DNA from: Moniliella sp. 'wahieum'
Taxonomy: Eukaryota
Length of the DNA stretch: 64,000 nt
Reading direction: 5' to 3'
NCBI GenBank assembly: GCA_003971905.1
Contig: RSEE01000041.1
Coordinates: 1 to 64,000, forward strand
Both the position numbers and the translations under genes were made by a program. Positions 11,560 to 21,969 of this stretch are shown in pieces. Below the pieces are notes generated by a model that did not search any database, was not told where the DNA came from, and saw only the letters and a list, made by a program, of their open reading frames with translations. Every line of letters starts with the position of its first letter. The stretch's first letter is position 1.

Positions 11560-14500
11560 GAGAGAGAAAGAGAGATCCAAGCAGTGTGTTAGTGGGCTGC
11601 TTGCCTTTGTAACCCAAACCAAACCAAACGAGGCCAGTGGGGAAACGTGCGTGAGGGGGGGGGGGGACGTACCTCCAACACTTCGTTCGGGATTGAACAG
11701 GTAACCTTAGTATTCCTGACATAATCTGGGCGGAGCATACGCGAGCGGTTATTGGAGTTAAAGTGGTCGGTGTGAAGCATGAGGAGGAAAAAGCCAGGAC
11801 ATAAGCTTCGTCCTGATTTACCACTGTGGGGTTGCACGAAGTGTACCGATGAGCAAAGGCCTGAAGTACCCGATCAATCTGCTGCGTCTCCTTGGGCAAC
11901 GTGCACTGCATCAGCACAGCGCGGAGGGCGAGATCTAAGGGGTACCCGGCCCAGTCCCACTGCGCCAACTCCCTCTGCATCGCTGTGAGACATACGGGTT
12001 CAGCACGTGAAGCGAGCATCATCAGCACTTCGCGCGGGGGGACCGAGGCGTGTACCCGCACAAGAACTGTTCGGCCGATTCCTCTGGGCGCGGGGAAAGT
12101 GTCGACGTCGACTGGTGCATGTTGCGCACGGATACCCCATTCCCTTCCTCTACCACCTCTTCCACAGGCGAGGAAACGGGACTGAGACTAAGGGTCCGAG
12201 GGCTGGCGCGAGGATTAGCACGCGAAGAGGTAGAGGACAGTGCGCGACTGGCCCGAGGAGAACGGAAGAAGGAATTGGTCTTCTTCTTGCTCCGTCGTCC
12301 GCTTTCCAGCACCCCAGTACCACTGCCACTACCAGTACCAGTACCACCACTAGGCGAGACTGCCTGCAACTGCAACTGCGACTGGGACAGGGACGGACTG
12401 GGACTCAGACCACCACCACTGGGACGCGAGAGTCCCTGCACCTGGGTCTGAGCCTGGGAGTGGGACGGAGTGGGACTGAGACTCGAGAAGCTGGAGGGTA
12501 CTCCGCTGCCACTGGGCACGAGCGAAGCCGAGGCTGAAACCGATGCTGAAACGGACGCAGAGGTGGAAACTGAGGTCGTCACACCGGTGTATCGGACAAG
12601 TCAAGGGACATCGTACGGTCCAATGCGATTCACATTCACATGCACCTGGACCGTGCTGGTGAGAGTGGATCGGGGTGGCAGCAGGTGTGGGCAAGTGAGC
12701 ATGGGTAGGAGCAAATGGAGCAGTAGCTGTAGGGCTCAGACCGGATGCAAAACCAGATCCGAACCAGGATGGGAACTGGGAAGCGAGATGGGACCTTCGA
12801 CGCCCATTGGGCCCAGCACCGTGGATTCCGCCAAAGACGTGCGCGATGGGCAGCACATGATTCCGCCAAGGACGTGTGCGAAGGTGAACGTGACCGCGAA
12901 TGTGAGTGTGAGTGCGAACCCGAATGTGAACTGACCTCGATCCCGTTCGCGACGGCGAGGCAGACGGCGACGGCGTGGGGAAAGTAAAAGAGGCCATGGG
13001 AGTGGCCAGGGCGGGGGCGTTACCGCGTCTCCATCTCCCCCTCCACCAGGGCCTCCGCCTACGCCCACACTAACGCTGGGAGACGCCGCGTCGTCCGAGG
13101 CGATCACGCTGGGTCGGGGGAGGGGGAGAGGGGAGGGGGAGGCTAGAGCGTACCCCAAGTGGCGCGGGTGACGTTTGACGTCGTGCTGGACCTGGACCGA
13201 GACGACGCACGAGAGCGCTGGCCCAGCTGAGATCTTCCCGTGCTGCACCCGTTCCCGTCCCCGTTCCAGTGCCTGTGCCTGTTCCCGTTCCGGCGCGCCG
13301 CGACGTCCCTGTGCTCGTGGTGGTACGTGTACTACCAGAGGTACTCGGTGTTGTACTAGTGGTGGCAGTTGGTGGGGGGGGTAAGCGTACCAGCGGTGGT
13401 GGGGGAGGTAATCGTAGTAGTCGGACTAGTGGTACCCAACGCAGTGCTCGACACCGGCATGGGTGTAGGGGGTGGCGTTGCGGTCCTAGTGCGAGGAGTA
13501 GTAAGTTTCTTGCGACGGAAAAGGAACGTTTATCCCCCCGCTCACGGTCACGATCACGTTCCCCCCCACCACCAGCGCCAGCACCAGGGGTGGCAGCTTT
13601 ACGTTCCGAGCGCGAAAGGGTACTTGTTTTGACCAATCCCAATCCGACCCTGACCTGACCCTGACCCTGACCCTGATCCTGATGCGGACGAAGAAGATTT
13701 TCTCCCCCCGACGCGGATGACGAAGGGGGGGAGAAAGGGCGCATCGATGCCCATGGCAATCCCAATGTCCACGCCGAGACGGGTACGCCAATGCTGGTAG
13801 CTGGCCCTGCATCGTTGCATCCATACTGTGCGCGGCGTGAGACCGGACCGGAACCAAGCGTGGAACCAGGACCAAGTGTGGAACCAGTGGATCCAGTGGA
13901 ACCGGAACCAACGGTTAGAACGGGACGATACCCTGTCCGTACGCGCAGGAGGCTCACCTTCCCTTTAGCATTTCCCTTCCCCTTCCATTTCCTTGGTCTT
14001 GGTCTTAGCCTGACCCGATCGGCATCGGCATCCAAATCAAAAAACAACGACGCCAACGCGGCTGAAGACGAGGGAGGAGCGCCTTCCCGACCTACGCGGT
14101 TACGCCAGTGCTTGTTCAGCTCCGATACCAACGCCGTGGGAGGTGTGCACCACTACTGCCACTGTGGTGCGCGTGACGGTGTGGGTGCTGCTGCTGCTGC
14201 GGGTTCCCGTGCCGGGGGGGTGGGGGTGCATGTGCTCCCACTCCTGCGGATACCGGTTCGGTGAGGGTGGGGGTAAATGTACTCCCACTGCTGCGGGGAC
14301 AAGAGGTAGGAGGGGCGCAGACCGACCCCAACCCCGACCCCGGACCCGAGCGCGACACGTCCCGCCCACCTGCACCTGCATTCCCAGCTCCCACTCCCAC
14401 ACCCATACCGTCTGCTCCCCAACTCCCCTGCAGCTACTGCTGCGGGTCCTTCAGGAGTGGGGGGGGTGATCACGCGTATCATCCACGAGCCGCTGGTCAT

Positions 14501-15966
14501 CCACGAGCCGCTGGTCATCCACGGGTCGCGAATCAGACCCCCACTCCCACTCGGCACCCCGGGCGGAACGTAAGGAGTAGTAGCACCACCTGAACGTCCC
14601 AGGGGCGTCACGGTAGCTTGCGAACTCGATTGGATACGATGCTCGCTCCGGACGACATGGTAGGTCCACCTGCGTTTGTGTCGGCGGGTAATGTGGCGGG
14701 TACGGTTGTGGGTACGGTTGTGGTGTGGTTGCGGATACAGTGTGGTTGCGGTACCCCCGGGGAGGGGTGGGGTGCGAGACGGGGTCACAGGTACGTCGGG
14801 TGGGCGATGTGCTCGACGCTAGATTGGAGCGGGGTGGGATTCGTCTGTTGGGTATGCGTGTGAGGGGGAGGAAACAGAGCCACAAACAAACCCAAAACCA
14901 AAACCAGAACCAGAAACCAGGGAAGAGTTAGCCGGTGAGATCCAAGCAAGCACAGAGCAAGTACCAGGAGACGAAGCACGTCTCGAGCCGCTCGCGGTGG
15001 GGCACGGAGGGGGGGGGGGGGGGGAGACATCGAACGGCAAAAGGCTGGGGGGGTAAACGGAAAGTAAACTGATCCTCGGCTGGTCAATTGGTCAGCATGG
15101 TCAACTCAGGTTCCTCGGTTTCGGCCAGGTCGTACGTGAGGGGCGAGCGGGTCGATGGCGGTGGCGAGCGCGGAGAACGGGAACAGGACCGAGACCCGAA
15201 CGGGACCGGGACCGGGACTGGGGACCAGCTGCGTACCCCGGGGGGAGGAGGTACCCTCTCCCCCGCTGCGCCAGGCTCATGTCCAAGTTCATGTTCATGC
15301 TCATGTCCAGATCAATGTCCTGGTCCTGGTCCAGGTCAACGTACGGCCATAGTCGGGTGCGCGCCAGCGATGGGGAGGGGGGGGGGTAGGGTAATAAACC
15401 TGGGGGGCACGCGGGGGGTACGCCGGGGGGTACGCCGGGGGGCACGCCGGGGGGCAAACCGGGGGGTAAACCTGGGGATGAACTTGGGGGCAAGACGGTG
15501 GGGGAGACGCGACGGGTGGATGTGTAGGTGTAGGTGTGAGAGAGGGAGATAGCAGGGGAGGTAGAGGAGTAGAGGGGGAGGTGAGGGAGGAAGGGCAGGT
15601 AGGGTGTGTGGAGCTGGAGCTTGCGCTAGGACGACGGGAGGAGGAGCTGTAGCGTGTATGTGTGTGTGTGTGTGTGTGGTGGGGGGGGTGAGTGTAGGGG
15701 GAAGAAGGTGGAAGGGCAGGGAGGGGCGAGGTAGGTGCCGGTGGGCGGGGGGGGGATGCTAGGGCGCGAAGGCGTGGGGAGGCACGGAAGGAGAGTGGGG
15801 ACGTGTAGAGGACGCAGAGGGAGAGGAGGGAGGGAGAGGGGGAGGGGAGGGGTGCGGGTGCCAGGTGCGGGAGCGAGACGGGGACGATGGGCCGCAGCCG
15901 ACGCGGGGGACGGCGGGGCGAGGCGAGGAGTGCGGTGGTGGGGGCGGCGGCCTGGGGGGACGACAT
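9860..15966 (-). CDS. Sec7-domain plus PH-domain ARF guanine nucleotide exchange factor (Syt1-like) with long low-complexity N-terminus
   Basis: Sec7 motifs [33 protein letters not shown] and [16 protein letters not shown] (about 11700-11960), intron, then YFYDNTT. PH-like start [11 protein letters not shown] near 11130; C-terminal [11 protein letters not shown]. The 5' extent (ATG 15966 or 15030, or a separate upstream gene) and the stop are uncertain because of many frameshifts. Confidence 0.72.
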
Positions 15967-16017
15967 GGCCAGCAGCAGCAGCCCAGGGGGGAGGGGTGGA
16001 GGGGTGGAGAGAGGGGC

Positions 16018-16120
16018 AGATGGATGGAGATGGAGGGATGGATGGTTGGACGGATGGACGGATGGACGGATGGATGGTTGGACGGATGGATGGTTGGACG
16101 GATGGATGGACAGATGGATG
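16018..16120. repeat. (GGAT/GGAC)n tetranucleotide microsatellite
   Basis: Directly visible GATGGATGGTTGGACGGATGGACGG... tract. Confidence 0.9.
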
Positions 16121-16661
16121 GAGGGAGACAGGCCAGGTACGTTACATGATACTACGGCGTGGATGGTGCGAGACGCATGTGGGTCCCAACGTACCCATCC
16201 ATCCTGTGTGCTTCGGCTGAGGCAGGAGGAGGGCGCAGGACAGAACAGAACAGGTACGTGGGTTAGGCGTTGCTTGCTCGGGTGGAGGAAGCACGGGGGC
16301 TGTCGCTCCGTGGCCATGCAACATGCACCCAGCAAGTATGTATTTTCCTCTGTGGACTTGTGTGCACGTGCGCATCCCCTCGTCTGCCACACACGCACCA
16401 ACCCTAGCGTGCGCCTACTCTCACACGTCACATGTCACACGTGATATTGGGTCTGTGACATGCAAGGCCAGTGGCAACGATGCGTGCCATGGCCTCATCC
16501 ATCCCTCGTCCACCGGCCACCACCATCGAGGGGGTGTTGCAGCGTGCGCCTCCCGACGCCCTTCGCCAGCCTACATACCGTCGCAGTGGACGTGCGTGCT
16601 GGCCCTGATGGCCCTAGGCGCCCACATGGTGCTGGCCCATGTGGAGCGAGCACATCGACGC

Positions 16662-16662
<1 letters not shown>

Positions 16663-16714
<52 letters not shown>

Positions 16715-16722
16715 GGGCAGAC
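16663..16722. repeat. (GACA)n microsatellite
   Basis: Directly visible AGACAGACAGAC... run. Confidence 0.95.
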
Positions 16723-17182
16723 AGGACCGCACAGAAGAGGCGGATAGAGGATGGAGGATGCATGATGGATGAGTTGGCGCTGCCAGGCACGCAGGTAGGG
16801 TTGCGGTTGTGCATGTGCATTGCCCATTGTGCACGCTGAGCCTGCCATGCCTCGACAGAGATCAACACACGCCGGTGACGCGCGCTGTGCCTGCCGCGTC
16901 TGCCGGCGGGCGGGAGAGTGGGCTGGTGCCAGGGCAGCTGCGCACGGGTGTCTCAGGCAGCGCCACACGCCGCGCAGGCCAGCACTGCCCCCGTGCCATC
17001 CCTGCCCTGCCGCAGTAGGGTTGTTGCCTTGCCTTGCCGTTCGCCCACCACGTCCCACCCACCTGTGCGCTGGCAGCTGCCACCCCAGCGCAGCACCTCC
17101 TCCATCTCCCATCTCCCATTCATCCTCCCTCCTCCTCCTCCTTCTGCTTCTGCTTCTCCTTCCCCCCCACCGTTCGCTCCCC

Positions 17183-19469
17183 ATGTCGGCGCCCCCCGCC
17201 CGCACAGCGCGTTCGGCCTGCGCGACATGCCCGCCAACACCTCCAGCCTCGCCGAGCGCATTGCCGCTCTCCAGCGCGCCAACTCGGCCCAAACCTTCAC
17301 CCCCAAACCCCATGCCCGCGCCCTCTCTCCCCGCCACCATCCCCTCTGGCCCTTCCTCTGGCTCTGGCTCTGCCTCTGCCCCCGGCTCTGGTTCTGCCTC
17401 TGGTTCTGCCTCTGGCTCCGGCCCCACCTCCGGCCCCACCTCAAAAACGGGACGACGGGTGGTATCTGACCCCACCGAGCTCGCTGCAGGACCGAATTGC
17501 GCGACTACAAGCGCATTCGCATTCCGCGTCGGCCTCTCCGCCCAGTGCATTGACGCTCGGGCGTGACCGACCGGTCGCGCGCCGCTTCTCTCTCGACCCT
17601 TTGCCTTTGCCTACCACTACGCCCTCTACGCCTGCACCTGCGTCTGCGTCTGCGTTGCGTCTGCGGCTGCACCTGCGTCTGCGCATGCGGCTGCACTTGC
17701 GGCTGCGCCTACGCCTACGGCTTTCCCGTGTCGCATGGTGCGCTGCGCAGCCGTCGCCGCTCGAAGGTCCTTCGCCCCCCTCGGACGTGTCGCACGACGC
17801 GAGCGAGTCGGCACCCAGCGTGGTCGTATCGTGCGACGGCGATTCGGTCTCTACGACCGCTACGGCCGCTACGGCCGGTACGGAACATGGGTTCCATAGT
17901 CCTTTGTCTTTACCTTTGCCTTCGCCTACGGCCACAGGCGCAGGTACACCCGCGCCACAGCCACAGGTACACCCTCGGCCACAGGTACACTCTCGGCCAC
18001 AGGTACAGGTTCGGCCACAAGTACAAATACAAGTACAAGTACAAGTACAGTTCAACCGTTGGACCTGGTGCGCGTGCGGCACAGGAAGCTATCCTGCACG
18101 GCGGCGGAACGGAGCGCTAAGCCCATCCGAGGGCACGATATGCTCACGGAACTCCACACGCGTCTGTTACGTGGCGAGCCAGCAACCAGCAAAAGGCCTG
18201 CAAAAGGTCGTGTGCTGAGCATCACAAAGGACCAAGTTCCTGACCACCAACTTGCCCTTGCCCGCGCACGACGTCGTAGGCAACGTGAACGTGAACGTGA
18301 ACGTGATGTGTCCAAATCACCCCGACTACTACCCCACCGTATCGCGTCAAACTTCCTTCCGCTCAGACACTTCGGCTTCCGGGTCTCACCTGCTCCCCTT
18401 CGTCCCCTCCACCCACTTCGCTCACTCCTCCTCCTCCTGCGCCCGCGTCTGCGTCTGCGTCTGCGTCGGATTCTGTCTCCCCCCGAGGAGGCCGAGGCTG
18501 AGGCGGCGGCTGCGTCGGATTCTGTCTCCCCCGAACTGTGGCTGCGGCTGCGGCTGAGGCTGAAGCTGGGGTTGACCACGAGGCTCACCCCGAGGTTACA
18601 GCTACGGCTACGGCTAACCACGAGGCCGAAGCTGGCCCCTCTTCTGACCCCTCTTCTGACCCCGCTTCTGACCCACGGCGGACCCCACGGCGGACCCCAC
18701 GGCGGACCCCGCGGGGGAGGTACCCTCCCCCCCGAGAGAGCAGGACGACACCAAGCACACCACGACCGACCACGCCACAGACCCCACGAAAGACGACCCC
18801 AGGAGGCACGGCACCAAAGACGCCACAAGGGAACTGGGTCCCACGCTACCCCTATCCCGACCCGTATCCGTATCGCGTACATCGTCCCGCACATCGTCCG
18901 CCGCCGATCTCACCCATTCCCTTCGCCTGTGGCTGTGGCTGTCCCTGTGCATGTGCCTTCCCTCCGCGTGACCCGCGTCACGGACACCCACGCACCCCCT
19001 CACCTGCACCAGCACCTGCACCCACTGCAGCACGGGAAGTGGTACATGCACCGCTCCAGCACGCGACGCGGGTCAGGCACCGATCCCAACACGGTACGCG
19101 GTACCTGTACCGACCGCGCCAGCCTCCAGCTCCGGCTCCGGCTCGGGGTTGGGGTTGGGGTCAGGTTGGGTGGGTGATGATGGCCACGTCGTCCCTGCGC
19201 GCCAGTGTGTCCCCATCGGTAGTTCCAGTGGGTGCACCGGTCACTCCAGTGAGTAGTGCATCGGGACCTGAAAACCGAGGCAGTGACTAAGCCGGTGTCT
19301 GGATCGGGAGCTGGTCCTGTTCGCGCGCCTGAGCGAGTGCGAAGGTCGGGACTACGTCGACCGCCGGTGGGCGCGTTCGTCTCCCTTGCAGACCTCGAGG
19401 CGAGCGACGATGAGTCCGACGAGCCCGGTTGGGCTACTGTCGTGTCCGGTCCTAGGGCGGGGGGCGTGA
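17183..19469 (+). CDS. Hypothetical low-complexity, probably disordered protein
   Basis: ATG after a pyrimidine-rich leader. Protein-like islands SSLAERIAALQR, SSLQDRIARLQ, PIRGHDMLTELHTRLLRGE and a C-terminal FVSLADLEASDDESDEPGWATVV, joined by repeat-rich frameshifted segments. No family recognised. Confidence 0.5.
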
Positions 19470-19869
19470 GGGGTGGGGGGCGTGGGGGGCGTGAGGGGCG
19501 GAGGGCGACCTGTCTTGATGCTCAACTCGATCTCCTTCTTTCCTTGTTTTGTTTGTTTTGTTTTTCGTTCTCGTGCTTCTGCCCCCCCCCCCCCCCCCCC
19601 TCGGACACCACCCCTCCCCTCCTTCCCTCATTCACCCACATTCACAGTCACACCCCCTCACCCACATTCACCATTACACAACCTCAACCACAGCCTCAAC
19701 CACACCCTCACCACAGCCTCACTACTACACCTCAACCCACAACCACCCGCTCATTTTTTCTTCTTCTTCTTTCTTCTTTTTTCCTTCCGTACCACGGCGC
19801 TACCCCCCTTCCTACCATTGTCACTACCCCCCTTTCCGTACCACTATCACTAATCGCTACCCCCCCCCT

Positions 19870-19953
19870 CCCATCCCACTGTCCCTACCTCTCCCCTTCC
19901 CATCCCACTGTCCCTACCTCTCCCCCTCCCATCCCACTGTCCCTACCCCCCCC
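19870..19953. repeat. 29-bp tandem repeat x3 in a C-rich tract
   Basis: CCCATCCCACTGTCCCTACC... copies start at 19870, 19899 and 19928. Confidence 0.85.
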
Positions 19954-20387
19954 CACTACCCCCTCGATGGATTGGATGGGTTCGGGACGGTTTGTGCTTG
20001 GGCACTGGATCGGAAGTTTCTTGGTTCCCTGCCCCTCCCCACTACACTACACTACACTACACCACACCACCCTGCCACGTCTCACCACCCCTACCACCCG
20101 CACCACACCTTACAACCCACACACCTCTCTCTCTTTCTCTCTTCTTCTGTCCCTTGTCTCTTGTCCCATGTTCCATGTCACCAGTCACCAGTTCGTTCAC
20201 ACCAACTACCCCCCCCTCAAGCCTCAGGCTGAGTCTTACTCGTCCGTCGCTCTTTCTTCGTCGCATACCCCTCTCCCCGCCGTATCTCCATCTCCATCTC
20301 GACCCCAATTGCATTCCTTTGGCCTTGCCCAATTAGACAATGACACAATGAACAGCTGAACAGCGGAACAGCGGAACAGGTGCTACG

Positions 20388-21713
20388 TTAGCGTGCCGGG
20401 GCCTCGCCGTACTCGACCAGGCGCTACCGTATCCCACAAACCAAAGACCAAACACAAACACAAACACGGTACAAACAAAGTGTCAGTTGCTCCACCCCAT
20501 CCACCACCCAGTACCCACCCGTACCCAGTACCCAGTACCCAGTACCCAGTACCCAGTACCCAACACCCAACACCAATACAGAGTACCCCGGAAAGAAAAA
20601 CGTACGAGCAAGTTACGTTGGAGCATGGCGATGTCAACTTGCCAATGGCAGGCAAGTACTGGCTTGCGCGGGAGCGGCACCTTATCGAAATTCTTTTCGG
20701 AGGAAAAGTTGATGCAGGTAGCGCCAGGTTTGATGAGCGCGGTGGGATCTTGAAATCGGCCGAGGCACACCGCCAATGACCACGTCGGAGAGGGGCACGA
20801 CCTGGTCCAAGGTCAACTCAGTAGCTTGGACTGATGGTGAGCGCGCAGCCGGCGTGCAGCATTCTGTGCGCGAGCAGCCTGGACACGAGCAGAGCCCGAA
20901 CGTTCCGTATCGGTTCCCACGGACGCATCTTTTTCTTTTCGGAACAGGAGCACACCATCCAAGTCGACTCTGTACACTGTGGCGCCATCGTTGGCCAGCA
21001 GCGCAGCCAATGGCCGCCCGACCACTTCAACCGATTGACAATCGTCACTGTCTGCCCTGCAGCCGATCGCCGTAGGCCAACTTGCTATCGTACACGCCCA
21101 TCGCTTCCAGACACTTGACCACGGCCAAAGGCGTGCAGGGTAAGATCGACTTGGCGAATCCCATGGGCGTTCGCACCGTTTGCGTCGCCGATGTGGCAGC
21201 GACTTCCGTTGCTGTGCCCGGAGCGCGCCGACGTCAGCAGGCTTGGCCACGCACGTTGTGGTACATGTTCAGCAATAGGAAAAGTGTAGGCCTCAACATC
21301 TTTGCGGGGATCAACAATTTGCTGAAGATACGTGTCCCTTCTTCCGCCAAAGATGGGGTAGTACACCATGACGCCATCGACGCCAGCATCGGCATTGGCT
21401 GCGATGATCAAGTCTTCCACGTCGGCCTCGAGGGTGGAAGGGCATCGGACGCAGGTGTGCTCTCGTCCCACGTATGCCAAATCTCAAAATCGATGCCGAC
21501 TGCATCGCATGCCTTCTTGGTCCACTCGGCATACGCAATGCTCGGAGCCGATCGGGTAGCCAGGATGCCCACCAGACGCGGCGCCGACTGCCGCGCGCAA
21601 TGCGCGCAGCAATCTCCGCGGCGGTGGCGGCGGTGAAAGGGTCGCTGATCGAGGACGCCTTCCACAGCTTTGCCGCTCAGGACGGGCGCATCGGCAGGAC
21701 GGCTGGTGCTCAT
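20388..21713 (-). CDS. MTD1: NAD-dependent methylenetetrahydrofolate dehydrogenase
   Basis: PRLVGILAT, YAEWTKKACDAVGIDFE, GVDGVMVYYPIFGGRRDTYLQQIVDPRKDVE, TIVNRSEVVGRPLAALLANDGATVY, CINFSSEKNF, YLPAIGKLTIAMLQRNLL, then an intron and RLVEYGEAPAR-stop. Frameshifts present. Confidence 0.88.
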
Positions 21714-21969
21714 GGCGACGCGGCACGACGAGGGGGAGGAGGAGGAGGAGGAGGTCGAGGCGAGAAAGTCACACACCAGCCACTTTTTGCTGCTTCTTAG
21801 TTTTTAGTTTTTAGTCGAGCGCACGTGGTTGTGTGGCTGCCCTAAGCCTAACCCCAGCCCAAAAAAAAAACCACCTCTTCCGCCCGTTCCGCTGCGGCTG
21901 ACGTAACGCCGCCCCCTGGGGCGGAAAGCCGCAGCAGACCAAAGCGGAGCCCAGCTGAGCGCCGCCTGA

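Noticed and set aside
19256..20359. 367-aa Pro/Thr/His-rich ORF
   Set aside because: Beyond about 19470 it is a read-through of a C-rich low-complexity tract that lacks stops for compositional reasons.
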